From an uncultured Gemmatimonadales bacterium (lineage in GTDB: Bacteria; Gemmatimonadota; Gemmatimonadetes; Gemmatimonadales; GWC2-71-9): a DNA stretch of 64,000 bases. Positions within the stretch are counted from its first letter, which is position 1; each line of letters begins with the position of its first letter. Both the position numbers and the translations under genes were made by a program. The stretch spans positions 1,056,001 through 1,120,000 of the forward strand of contig CAVSLV010000001.1 of assembly GCA_963728915.1 (NCBI GenBank), read 5' to 3'. The notes beneath the pieces are model-generated. The model did not search any database. It was not told where the DNA came from and saw only the letters and a list, made by a program, of their open reading frames with translations. This document shows positions 37,970-47,640 of this stretch, one piece after another.

Positions 37970-39523
37970 ATGAGTTTCTTGCGGCGACTTCGCCTTCTCC
38001 TCCTCGTCGGCATCGCCGCTCCGCTCCGGGCCCAGCTTCCGCCGGTCACCGTGCCCGGCGGTCACCTCCGAGTCGACTTCGGCGGTGGGTTCACCTGGTG
38101 GGATCAGGCCTTCGTCGCAGGGGTGAGGCGCTCCACCATCGCCGACTTTCTCCAGAACCAGATTGTCCCATCGTTTCTTCCCGGGCTGGCGCAGTCCCAG
38201 GCCGCTCTGCGCGAAGTCACCGGGAACCAGGACCTCGCGATTTCTCCGGGCAGCACCAGCGGAAGCCTCGCGGTCAATGTCGGCCGCGCCGAGCTGGGCC
38301 TGGCACTCGGAATTACCTCGCGGCTTACGGTCTTCGGATCGGTTCCCCTGGTCCGGGTCCGGGTCGAGGAGCAGCTCCTGATCGATTCCACCAACGCCTC
38401 CGCGGGATTCAACCCCGCGAACCCGGTGCTGGGGACCTCGACGGGCGCCGCCGCCACCAACCAGTTCCTCAACGATCTGACCGGCGCGCTCTCCCAGCTC
38501 AACGCTGCGATCCAGTCCGGCGCATTCTCGGATCCGGAACAGCTGGCCGAAGCCCAGGCGACTCTGGCGCGGGGCACCACATTGCAGAGCGGGCTGCAGT
38601 CGTTGTTACTCGAATCTCCCTTCCTTCCCCTGACAGGCTCCCCGGGCGCGTTGGCGCTGAACCGGTCGATCGATTCACTTCGGACCCGGCTCTCGAGCCT
38701 CGAGCCTTCCGCCGATCCGCTCGCCTCCTCCCCCGCCCTGCCCCAAACGGGACTCGCCCTCGACGACTTCGAACGCTACGTCACGTCGAGCGGGGGACCG
38801 ATTCAGGCCAGCGCGTTCGAGCCGGAGACCTACACCGCGATCGGAGACGTCGAGGTCGGCGCGGCGTTCGCCCTCGCGAACGGACGGCCGCCGACCAAAG
38901 GGCTGGCGCTCCGCGCGGCGCTGCGGGGATCGATCCGCCTTCCCACCGCGCGGCTGGCGGACCCTAACGCGCTCTTCGGTGTGGGCACCGGCGAGCGCCT
39001 TCCCGGATTCCGGGGCGACCTCGTGACGGACCTGATGACCTCCCGGTTCGGGGCCCGCCTTCAGGCCGGATACACCGTTCAGCAGAAGTCGCCGCTCCAG
39101 CGCCGAATCACTCCGCCCGACCTGCCCCTGGCTCCCGTGTCCAGTCTCGCGATGGTGGAGCGCCAGGGAGGCAATATCATGGAGGGATCGGTTCAGCCCT
39201 ACGTGCGGATTGCCCCTCATTTTTCGGTCGTTGCCGGATTGACGCATTGGCGGAAGCAGGCGGATCGCTACACCTATGCCCCAGGCCAGGAGGCCATCCC
39301 CGGCCTCGATCCTTCCGTCCTCGCAGCAGGAACCAAGGCCAATGCGACCATCCTCTCCGGTGGACTCAGTCTCTCCCACCCCGGAATCCGGCGAAACGGG
39401 ACCGTCGGCATGCCGCTCGACGCGCAGGTCTCGGCCTGGATGGTGGTGGGTTCCAGCGAAGGACAGGTGGAGGCGAAACGAAGCGTGGTCTTCCTGCTGC
39501 GGCTCTACGGCAAGGTCTTCTAG
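37970..39523 (+). CDS. Hypothetical exported protein, possible outer-membrane beta-barrel
   Basis: Signal peptide (..APLRA|Q), amphipathic beta-like segments, C-terminal LRLYGKVF. Confidence 0.65.
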   Translation: MSFLRRLRLLLLVGIAAPLRAQLPPVTVPGGHLRVDFGGGFTWWDQAFVAGVRRSTIADFLQNQIVPSFLPGLAQSQAALREVTGNQDLAISPGSTSGSLAVNVGRAELGLALGITSRLTVFGSVPLVRVRVEEQLLIDSTNASAGFNPANPVLGTSTGAAATNQFLNDLTGALSQLNAAIQSGAFSDPEQLAEAQATLARGTTLQSGLQSLLLESPFLPLTGSPGALALNRSIDSLRTRLSSLEPSADPLASSPALPQTGLALDDFERYVTSSGGPIQASAFEPETYTAIGDVEVGAAFALANGRPPTKGLALRAALRGSIRLPTARLADPNALFGVGTGERLPGFRGDLVTDLMTSRFGARLQAGYTVQQKSPLQRRITPPDLPLAPVSSLAMVERQGGNIMEGSVQPYVRIAPHFSVVAGLTHWRKQADRYTYAPGQEAIPGLDPSVLAAGTKANATILSGGLSLSHPGIRRNGTVGMPLDAQVSAWMVVGSSEGQVEAKRSVVFLLRLYGKVF

Positions 39524-41190
39524 CCCGCGATCCGGTTCCTGGTCTTGAGCATCACGAGCGCGTGCCGCCGGGCCGTCTCCGCGTCCGGATCCCCCAGCAT
39601 CCGGGCCAGCTCGCCGACGCGATCCTCACCGTGAATCCATGAGACGTCGCTGGTGGCGACGCCCGCCCTCGCTCGCTTCGACACCACGAGATGACGGTCC
39701 GCCCTGGCGGCGATCTGTGGCAGGTGGGTGATCACCAGGACCTGGTGACGTTCGGCGACTTCCTCCAGCGATTCCGCCACCCTACCCCCGATCTCGCCTC
39801 CAATGCCCTGGTCCACTTCATCGAACACCAGGGTGGGCACCGCGTCGTGCCGGGCAAGAACGGCGCGCAACGCAAGCATCAGTCGGGAGAGCTCTCCCCC
39901 GGATGCGACCCTCGCGAGGGAACGTTCTTCCATCCCCTGATTGAGCTGAGCGGTGAAGTGCACCGCCTCTGCGCCCGAGCCGAGAATCTCGGCCAGTGGC
40001 TCGAGCGTAACGCCGATGCGTCCACCGGTGAGGCCGAGCTTCGGGAGCAGGCGATTCACGCCCCGGGCGAGCCGATCCGCCGCGGCGGTACGCTTCCCGG
40101 TCAGGGCGGCGGCGGCCTTCACGACCGCGGAATCCAGCGCGATCCGCTGAGCGGAGAGGGATCGCAGATCCAGATCGGCAGTGTCGAGCAGCTCCAGCTC
40201 GGCCGCCGAAGTTTTCCCGGTCTCGATCACAGCGTCCAGGGTGGCCCCGTATTTCTGTTTCAGCCGATCGATGAGATCCCGCCGGGTTTCCAGTTCGGCG
40301 AGTCGGGGGGGATCGTCCTCCAGAGTCCCACTGTACTGCCGGATCAGGCGGGCCAGCTCACCCAGATTCGCGAAGACCGGGTCCAGGAGCTCCCGCCAGA
40401 GCGAAGTTTCACCGTCGGCGCGTTCCAGCGCGGTGAGGGCGCGATCGGCCCGGGCGAGCGCATCCTGAGCTCCTCCGGAGTCGCCCTCGATCGCCTCCAG
40501 CATTTCAGCCGCGGTCCGGCTCAGCTGCTCGACGCTGCCGAGCCGCCGGGCTTCGCGATCCAGCGCATCATCTTCGCCGGGCTTGATCCGGGCCCGTTCG
40601 ATTTCCTGGACCACATGGCGGAGGTAGTCGGCCCGACGACGGACCTCATCCCGGCGGCCCACCAGCTCGGCCTCCTTCTCCTGGAGGGAGCGTCGCTCTG
40701 CGACCAAGGCGCCGAGAGCGGCACGCGCGGGTTCCGCATCGGCAAAGGCATCGAGGAGATCGCGCTGGGTGTCGGGGCGAAGGAGCGACTGCGCATCGTG
40801 TTGCCCGTGGATGTCCACCAGCAGGGTCCCAAGCTGAGCCAGCACACCCGCCGTGGTTGGGCTGCCACCGACCCAGGCACGGGAGCGGCCCTCGCTCGAA
40901 ACCTCCCGGCGGATCACCAGACGATCTTCCTCCACGTCCAATCCGAGGGTTTCGACGGCGGCGCGCACCGCGGGAGCAATCGCTTCGAATACGCCCTCGA
41001 TCAGGGCCTTTCCGCTGCCGGGACGGACGGCGCTCACTTCGGCGCGCCCACCCAGCAGGAGCCCCAGGGCATCGACCACCATCGATTTCCCCGCCCCGGT
41101 CTCCCCGGTGAGAACGTTGAGACCGGCCCCAAGGGGCAGCGTGACGTCTTCGATGGTGGCGAGGTCGCGGACTCGGAGCTCGGTGATCAC
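39520..41190 (-). CDS. recN: DNA repair protein RecN
   Basis: LTGETGAGKS, IHGQH, ASGGELSR, FDEVDQGIGG, ITHLPQIAA. Confidence 0.96.
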   Translation of the reverse strand: MITELRVRDLATIEDVTLPLGAGLNVLTGETGAGKSMVVDALGLLLGGRAEVSAVRPGSGKALIEGVFEAIAPAVRAAVETLGLDVEEDRLVIRREVSSEGRSRAWVGGSPTTAGVLAQLGTLLVDIHGQHDAQSLLRPDTQRDLLDAFADAEPARAALGALVAERRSLQEKEAELVGRRDEVRRRADYLRHVVQEIERARIKPGEDDALDREARRLGSVEQLSRTAAEMLEAIEGDSGGAQDALARADRALTALERADGETSLWRELLDPVFANLGELARLIRQYSGTLEDDPPRLAELETRRDLIDRLKQKYGATLDAVIETGKTSAAELELLDTADLDLRSLSAQRIALDSAVVKAAAALTGKRTAAADRLARGVNRLLPKLGLTGGRIGVTLEPLAEILGSGAEAVHFTAQLNQGMEERSLARVASGGELSRLMLALRAVLARHDAVPTLVFDEVDQGIGGEIGGRVAESLEEVAERHQVLVITHLPQIAARADRHLVVSKRARAGVATSDVSWIHGEDRVGELARMLGDPDAETARRHALVMLKTRNRIAG

Positions 41191-42047
41191 GGATCGCGCT
41201 CGGTGAGATCACCCCAGCGAAGGCTCGCCCGCATCCGGGCGAAGTAGTCGATTTCGAACCGGACCAGGATCACGGCGGCAGCGCCGCTCTGGAGCTCGAC
41301 CCGGGCATCGGCCCCGAGCACCGTCGCCTGCTGGCCGTCGACCGAGATGAGCAGATCGTCCGGCCAGGGTCGCATCGGCTCGATGGTGATGCGCGCATCC
41401 GCGGGCACGACCACCGGTCGGACCGCCAGGGTATGGGCGCAAATCGGGGTGATCACCAGCGCATCGACATCGGGAACGATGATGGGCCCGCCGGCGGAGA
41501 GGGAGTACGCGGTGGAGCCGGTGGGCGTCGCGACCACCAACCCATCGGCGCTGTAGTTCCCGAGGTCGGCTTCGTTGATCCGGACGTGAAGACGGATGAG
41601 GCGGGCGACGCCACCCTTGTGGATCACCACGTCGTTGAGGGCGACGGGCAGGTGGGAGGTTTCATTCCGGGGCGAGAGGATGGAGCCCTGGAGGGTTCGC
41701 CGCCGTTCAGTGACGTAGCGACCTTCCGCCAGCCGGGTCAGGGCTTCCTCGGCTTGCTCGGGCATCGCCGCGGTAAGGAAGCCGACGCGTCCGAGGTTGA
41801 CGCCGAGCACCGGAACCGGCGCCCCCTGGAGCGAGCGGGCGCCCCGGAGCAGGGTTCCATCACCGCCCAGGGTGACCAGAGCATCGAGCGGCGCGGAGCC
41901 GATCGGGGGATAGTGTCTGGGCCAGTAGGGTTCGAGCGTGGGTTCGCTGAACAGCTGGAGTCCGAGCCGATCGGCGCACCGCGACATGCCGGGCAGAACC
42001 GCCTGAAGCCCGGCGTAGCGGGGATTGCCGATCACCCCGACATTCAT
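41187..42047 (-). CDS. nadK: NAD kinase
   Basis: LGGDGTLL, ALND, ADGLVVATPTGSTAYSLSAGGP. Confidence 0.95.
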   Translation of the reverse strand: MNVGVIGNPRYAGLQAVLPGMSRCADRLGLQLFSEPTLEPYWPRHYPPIGSAPLDALVTLGGDGTLLRGARSLQGAPVPVLGVNLGRVGFLTAAMPEQAEEALTRLAEGRYVTERRRTLQGSILSPRNETSHLPVALNDVVIHKGGVARLIRLHVRINEADLGNYSADGLVVATPTGSTAYSLSAGGPIIVPDVDALVITPICAHTLAVRPVVVPADARITIEPMRPWPDDLLISVDGQQATVLGADARVELQSGAAAVILVRFEIDYFARMRASLRWGDLTERDP

Positions 42048-43963
42048 CGCGCCTCGAAACTCTCCTCGTGATGCCAGGCGGTAATCTGGGCCGCAATCCC
42101 GGAGCCGGTGAGCCGGTAGCGGCTCAGCTGTTCGGCGCGAGGGGCCTGCTCGATCAGGCGATCGGGTACGCCCAGGCAGCGGACTCGCACCTCGGGGTGA
42201 TTGTCCTGGAGCTCACGGGCGATCATCGCGCCGAACCCGTTGACGATGGTCCCCTCCTCGATCGTGACGATTTGCTTGCAGTCGTGCACGATGGACTCCA
42301 GCATCACCTGATCGTATGGCTTGAGGAACCGGCAGTTGATGACTCCCGCGTCGATCCCTTCGGCCGCGAGGCGCTCGGCGGCCTCGAGGGCGGGCAGCAC
42401 CATCGTGCCGACCGCCAGCAGGGCGATGTCCCGGCCGTGGCGCACGACTTCCCAGGTTCCGTAGGGGACCGCGGGGATACCCGCCACCGGCTGGGGATCG
42501 GCGGGCGCCTTGTCGCGCGGGTAGCGGGTGCTGAACGGACCGGCATGCGCCAGGCCGGTTCGCAGGAGTCCGACCAGCTCATCTCCATCCTTGGGGGCGG
42601 TGACCGTCATGCCGGGCACTGCGAGGAGGTAGGCGATGTCGTAGAGACCCATATGGGTCTGCCCGTCCTCTCCCACCAGTCCCGCCCGGTCCAGACAGAA
42701 CAGCACGGGGAGCTGCTGCACCGCGACATCGTGGATGATCCCGTCGTAGGCGCGCTGCAGGAAGGTGCTGTAGATCGCACAGACCGGACGCACCCCCTGG
42801 GTGGCGAGGCCGCCGGCGAAGGTGACCGCGTGCCCTTCCGCGATTCCCACGTCGAAGAACCGTTCCGGCCATTTCTTCTCGAAGATGCTGGTCCCGGTAC
42901 CGGAGGGCATCGCCGCGGTGATCACCACGAAATCCTGCTGCTCCGCGGCCAGGGCGGTGATCGCATCGCCGAACACCTGGGTCCAGGTGGGCGGGCCGCT
43001 GGCCTGCTTGCGGGGATCTCCGGTGATCGGATCGTAGGCCGCCAGGCCGTGCCATTTCTCGCGATTGGCCTCGGCCAGGGCAAACCCTTTCCCCTTTTCG
43101 GTCAGCACGTGCACCACGCGCGGCCCGGTGAGCTTCCGCACGAAGCGAAGCGTCTCCCGCAGCTTCTGCACGTCGTGGCCGTCGATCGGGCCGAAGTAGC
43201 GGAACCCCAGCTCCTCGAAGAACATTCCCTCGGAAAAGAGGTTCTTGGCGCTTTCCTCGAGGTTCTTGGCGAACTCGACCACCCGCTCGCCGAAGACGTG
43301 CCCGGCCTTGAGGGTCCAGTGCTTGACGTGCTCCCGCATCCGGTTGGTGAACGGGCTCGCGACGATCCGGCCCAGGGTCTTGCTGATGGCGCCGACGTTG
43401 GGAGAGATCGACATCCCGTTGTCGTTCACGATCAGGATGACGTCCCGATCGGAGTGGCCCGCGTTGTTCATCCCCTCGTAGGAGAGGCCACAGGTCAGGG
43501 CCCCGTCTCCCACCACCGCGACGACCTTGTAGTCCTCGCCCTGGAGGTCGCGCGCCGTCGCCATGCCGAGGGCGGCGGACATGGCGGTTCCGGCGTGTCC
43601 CGCCCCGAACTGATCGTGGGGACTCTCGGTCCGGCGGAGAAACCCGGAAATCCCCCCGGTCTGGCGGAGGGTCTCGAACTGCGGGTTACGCCCGGTCAGC
43701 AGCTTCCAGGCATAGGCCTGGTGGCCCACGTCCCAGACGATCTTGTCGTGGGGGGAATCGAATTCGTAGAGCAGCGCGATCGCCAGCTCGACCACCCCGA
43801 GGCTCGCCCCGATGTGCCCCCCGGTGACCGAGCAGGCCGCGATCAGGCGGTCCCGGATCTCCTGCGCCAGAACGGGAAGCTGGTCGGGGGTGAGGCGTTT
43901 CAGATCCTGCGGGGAGGCGATCCCTTCGAGCAGAGCCATCCGGTTCCCGGAAGGAGAAGTCAT
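42044..43963 (-). CDS. dxs: 1-deoxy-D-xylulose-5-phosphate synthase
   Basis: GGHIGASLG, WDVGHQAY, GDGALT, NDNGMSIS, DVGIAEGH, DRAGLVGEDG.TH. Alternative start at 43939. Confidence 0.96.
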   Translation of the reverse strand: MTSPSGNRMALLEGIASPQDLKRLTPDQLPVLAQEIRDRLIAACSVTGGHIGASLGVVELAIALLYEFDSPHDKIVWDVGHQAYAWKLLTGRNPQFETLRQTGGISGFLRRTESPHDQFGAGHAGTAMSAALGMATARDLQGEDYKVVAVVGDGALTCGLSYEGMNNAGHSDRDVILIVNDNGMSISPNVGAISKTLGRIVASPFTNRMREHVKHWTLKAGHVFGERVVEFAKNLEESAKNLFSEGMFFEELGFRYFGPIDGHDVQKLRETLRFVRKLTGPRVVHVLTEKGKGFALAEANREKWHGLAAYDPITGDPRKQASGPPTWTQVFGDAITALAAEQQDFVVITAAMPSGTGTSIFEKKWPERFFDVGIAEGHAVTFAGGLATQGVRPVCAIYSTFLQRAYDGIIHDVAVQQLPVLFCLDRAGLVGEDGQTHMGLYDIAYLLAVPGMTVTAPKDGDELVGLLRTGLAHAGPFSTRYPRDKAPADPQPVAGIPAVPYGTWEVVRHGRDIALLAVGTMVLPALEAAERLAAEGIDAGVINCRFLKPYDQVMLESIVHDCKQIVTIEEGTIVNGFGAMIARELQDNHPEVRVRCLGVPDRLIEQAPRAEQLSRYRLTGSGIAAQITAWHHEESFEAR

Positions 43964-44871
43964 CAGGAGCGTCGCTCCACAATATAATCGGCGAGGGTGT
44001 CGAGGGCCGGGCTGGCGAGGCCGCCCGACCGTAACACGCTCCGCGCGGCCGCTCCATGGCGGCGCGCCTCCGCTCGCGCCGCCGCGATGCCGAGGAGACT
44101 GACGTAGGTCGCTTTGGCGAGGGTCGCGTCCCGCCCCGCCGTCTTCCCGAGCTGCTCGCTGGTGCCGGTCGCGTCGAGCAGGTCGTCGGCGATCTGGAAA
44201 GCGATTCCGACCTCGCGCCCATATTCGGAGAGCATGGCCAGCATGCCGGGATCGGCACCGGCCGCGAGCCCTCCCAGGCAGCAGGCGGCTTCGATGAGCG
44301 CGCCGGTCTTGCGGCGGTGAATCCCGGCGAGGTCCGGCAGGGCCAGCGGCGTCCCCTCCGCGCTGAGATCCATCCACTGCCCGGCGATCATGCCGCGGAT
44401 CCCCCCCGCCTCGAGCAGCCGTTCCGCCACCCCGGCGATGGTGGAGGAAGGAAGACCGAGCTCCCCTAACCCGGAGACCAGCTCCTGAACCGCCACCGGG
44501 ACCAGCAGGAAGCCCGCCCGGGTCGCCGTCGCCACATCGAAGCGAACGTGCAGGGTGGGCCGGCCTCGCCGCTGGCTGTCATCGTCCATGCACGGGAGAT
44601 CGTCGTGCACCAGCGAATAGGTGTGGACGATCTCCACCGCCGCGGCGACGCCGGCGATGCCGGGATGGTCGCCCCCCGCGGCCCGATAGGCGGCGAGGAG
44701 CAGGGCGGGCCTGACCCGCTTGCCGGGAGCCTCCAGGGCATAGCCGAGCGATTCGCCGCTTCGTCCGCCCGGGACAGCCCGGAGCAAGGTGGCCCGCCGC
44801 GCCAATCGGGCGTCCACCATGGCCCGGGCTTCAGAGAGGATTTCCTCCGCGGTGAGCTCCAGGGGGGCCAT
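43963..44871 (-). CDS. ispA: Farnesyl/geranylgeranyl diphosphate synthase
   Basis: GKRVRP, SLVHDDLPCMDDD..RRG, GQWMD, KTGAL, FQIADDLLD. Confidence 0.92.
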   Translation of the reverse strand: MAPLELTAEEILSEARAMVDARLARRATLLRAVPGGRSGESLGYALEAPGKRVRPALLLAAYRAAGGDHPGIAGVAAAVEIVHTYSLVHDDLPCMDDDSQRRGRPTLHVRFDVATATRAGFLLVPVAVQELVSGLGELGLPSSTIAGVAERLLEAGGIRGMIAGQWMDLSAEGTPLALPDLAGIHRRKTGALIEAACCLGGLAAGADPGMLAMLSEYGREVGIAFQIADDLLDATGTSEQLGKTAGRDATLAKATYVSLLGIAAARAEARRHGAAARSVLRSGGLASPALDTLADYIVERRS

Positions 44872-44922
44872 TCCCTAACCTAAGCCCTCGCCGACGCGTC
44901 GCGCTGGACTATCTTGGCCTCG

Positions 44923-45384
44923 ATGTCCACCCATACCGCCACGATCAGCTGGAACCGGGGAGCGGCAGTGTTCACCGATCGCCAATACAGCCGGGCCCAT
45001 GCCTGGCAATTCGACGGCGGAGCGATCGTGCCTGCCTCGGCCTCTCCGCATGCCGTGCCGGTTCCCCGGTCCGATCCCGCCGGGGTCGATCCCGAGGAAG
45101 CGTTTGTCGCGGCCCTCTCGAGCTGCCACATGTTGTGGTTTCTGGACCTGGCGGCCCGGGCCGGCCTCGTGGTGGATTCGTATCGAGACGAAGCGATGGG
45201 GACGCTGGCAAAGGACGCGGAAGGGCGAAACGCGATGACCGAAGTGGTCCTTCGCCCCGACGTGCGGTTCGCACCAGGGGTCCCCCCGGACGCCGGGCAA
45301 CTCCAGGCGCTGCACCACAAGGCCCACCAGCTCTGCTACATCGCCAACTCGGTCCGCACCGGGGTCCGGGTCGAGCCGGTCTAG
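44923..45384 (+). CDS. OsmC/Ohr family protein
   Basis: DPEEAFVAALSSCHML, AHQLCYIANSV (two Cys). Confidence 0.9.
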   Translation: MSTHTATISWNRGAAVFTDRQYSRAHAWQFDGGAIVPASASPHAVPVPRSDPAGVDPEEAFVAALSSCHMLWFLDLAARAGLVVDSYRDEAMGTLAKDAEGRNAMTEVVLRPDVRFAPGVPPDAGQLQALHHKAHQLCYIANSVRTGVRVEPV

Positions 45385-45596
45385 TCGGTGAGATTCTTGA
45401 GGCGGATTTCCCCCCCGGCCTCTTCCAGCACTTTCTGAATCCGAAGCTCCGCTGCGGCCAGGCTCTCTCTCGCGGCCCGAAGCCGGGTAATGCCCTCCTC
45501 GAACAGGGTGAGGGCGCGATCGAGGTCCGGGTCTTCCGACTCGAGCTGGCGAACGATTTCCTCGAGGCGGCGCAACTCCTCGGACAGGGAGGTCAT
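45381..45596 (-). CDS. xseB: Exodeoxyribonuclease VII small subunit
   Basis: LRRLEEIVRQLE..DLDRALTLFEEG. Follows xseA. Confidence 0.92.
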   Translation of the reverse strand: MTSLSEELRRLEEIVRQLESEDPDLDRALTLFEEGITRLRAARESLAAAELRIQKVLEEAGGEIRLKNLTD

Positions 45597-46765
45597 GCGC
45601 CCTCGCTGGTCGCGCCCAGGTCGCCATCCCCGACCCGCAGAGAAAAGCGGGTTCCCGATGGGAGCTGGTCTCGACGGCGAACCACGGTGCCGTCGCCCAG
45701 TCGCGCGACGCTGTAGCCCCGCGCCAGAACCCGGAGCGGGCTCAGAGCCTCGAGTTGCGCGGCCAGTCGCTCGACCTGCCTGCCAGGCTCCGTGAGCCGG
45801 CCACGAATCGCGCCCTTGATCCGGTCATCGCTCCGGTCGAGCCGGGCCGCGATGAGTTCGGTCCGGCGATGGAGACCCCGAGCGAGGCGGGTTCCCAGTC
45901 CGTCGACATTCCTGAGCCAAGCCTCCCGGTCGGGAAGAGCCATCTCCATGGCCGCCGAGGGAGTGGGGGCCCTGCGATCAGCCACGAAATCCGTCAGGGT
46001 CACGTCGGTTTCGTGTCCCACTGCGGAGATACTCGGAACTTGAAGAGCCGCAACGGCACGGCAAACCCTCTCGTCATCGAACGCACCAAGGTCGTCCCTG
46101 GCTCCGCCGCCCCGGCCGATCACACACAGGTCAACCCCGCTCAGCTGATTGACCAGCCCCAGGGCGCGGACCAGCGCCTTGGGGGCCTCCTCGCCTTGCA
46201 CCTTGGCGGCCACCACCAGGAGCAGGACGGATGGCCAGCGTCGGCGGGCCACGTTGATCATGTCGTGGAGTGCCGCCCCGTCCTGACTCGTGACGATGGC
46301 CACCCCAGAGGGGAATTCGGGGAGCTCTCTCTTTCTGGTGGGGTCGAGCAGGCCGTCACGCTCGAGCGCGGCACGAACCCTCTCGCGGCCGAGCTGCTGG
46401 AGCCCGATTCCCGCGCTGGGAAGCAGGACCACAGCCCGAAGCCTGAGCTCTCCGCGGGCCTCCCAGATCGTCGGAGTTCCCAGAACGTAGACCTCGGTTC
46501 CCTCGGTTGGTGTGCTCTTGGCCCTGGCGCTGTAGGTTTTCCACATCACACAACTAACAGAGCTATCGCCATCGCGTAAAGTGAAGTACCAATGGCCACT
46601 TCCATGAATCTTGAAAGAACTCACTTCACCCCTTACCCAGACCTGTCCAACGACCGATTCGACCGCTCCACGGAGCGTAGTCACGAGCTCGGAAACGGAG
46701 AGCGCCTTGGGGGTCGCGCGGGACTCCTGGGCCGGATCGGATTCGTCGAAGAGGGTGGGGCTCAC
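45593..46765 (-). CDS. xseA: Exodeoxyribonuclease VII large subunit
   Basis: WVRGEVS, SGHWYFTLRD, RGGG, SAVGHETD, APTPSAA, SPLRVLARGYS. Confidence 0.94.
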   Translation of the reverse strand: MSPTLFDESDPAQESRATPKALSVSELVTTLRGAVESVVGQVWVRGEVSSFKIHGSGHWYFTLRDGDSSVSCVMWKTYSARAKSTPTEGTEVYVLGTPTIWEARGELRLRAVVLLPSAGIGLQQLGRERVRAALERDGLLDPTRKRELPEFPSGVAIVTSQDGAALHDMINVARRRWPSVLLLVVAAKVQGEEAPKALVRALGLVNQLSGVDLCVIGRGGGARDDLGAFDDERVCRAVAALQVPSISAVGHETDVTLTDFVADRRAPTPSAAMEMALPDREAWLRNVDGLGTRLARGLHRRTELIAARLDRSDDRIKGAIRGRLTEPGRQVERLAAQLEALSPLRVLARGYSVARLGDGTVVRRRDQLPSGTRFSLRVGDGDLGATSEGA

Positions 46766-47640
46766 TGATTCCTGGCAGCCTGCAGCGTATTCATGAGGAG
46801 CATGGCAATGGTCATCTTCCCCACCCCGCCCGGAACCGGGGTAATCGCTCCGGCGACTTCCGAGACCGGACCGTAGTCCACGTCTCCGACGATGACATAC
46901 CCCTTGGGATGTCCCGGATCGGCCACCCGGTTGATTCCGACGTCGATCACCACCGCCTCTGGACCGACCATGTCCCTGGTCACGAACCGGGGCTTGCCGA
47001 TCGCCACAACCAGGATGTTGGCGGTTCTGGTGATGGACGGAAGATCCCGGGAGCGGGAATGGCACACCGTGACCGTGGCGTTCCCGCCAGGGCCATCGAG
47101 GAGGAACAGGCTGGCCATCGGCTTCCCGACGATGTTGGAGCGCCCCACGATGACCGCATGGGCGCCTTTGGTCTCGATGCCGCTGCGCACCAGCATCTGC
47201 TGGACCCCGAAAGGGGTCGCCGGGCGAAAGGCGGTCAGGTCGCCGACCGACAGCTTGCCGACGTTCATCGGATGGAAGCCATCGACATCCTTCTGGGGGG
47301 CGATCCGAAGCAGGACCCGCTCGCTATCGATGTGCTTGGGCAGGGGAAGCTGCACTAGAAAGCCATGGATTCTCGGGTCGCTGTTGAGCCGGTCCACCGT
47401 GGCGAGGAGCTCCGCCTCGCCGGTGGTTGCCGGCAGCCGGACAGTTTCAGAATACATCCCGGCTTCGTGACAGGCCTGGCCCTTTGCCTTGACATAGACC
47501 TGGCTCGCCGGATCCTCGCCCACCAGCACCACCGCGAGCCCCGGGGTTGTCCCTTCCCCGATCAGCGCGGCCGTGTCCCGTGCAATCTCGTCGCGGATCT
47601 CCCGGGCGATCGCGGTCCCGTCCAGGATCCGGGCACTCAT
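46762..47640 (-). CDS. folD: Methylenetetrahydrofolate dehydrogenase/cyclohydrolase
   Basis: YVKAK, VQLPLP, KDVDGFHP, GRSNIVGKP, TPVPGGVG. Confidence 0.96.
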   Translation of the reverse strand: MSARILDGTAIAREIRDEIARDTAALIGEGTTPGLAVVLVGEDPASQVYVKAKGQACHEAGMYSETVRLPATTGEAELLATVDRLNSDPRIHGFLVQLPLPKHIDSERVLLRIAPQKDVDGFHPMNVGKLSVGDLTAFRPATPFGVQQMLVRSGIETKGAHAVIVGRSNIVGKPMASLFLLDGPGGNATVTVCHSRSRDLPSITRTANILVVAIGKPRFVTRDMVGPEAVVIDVGINRVADPGHPKGYVIVGDVDYGPVSEVAGAITPVPGGVGKMTIAMLLMNTLQAARNQ

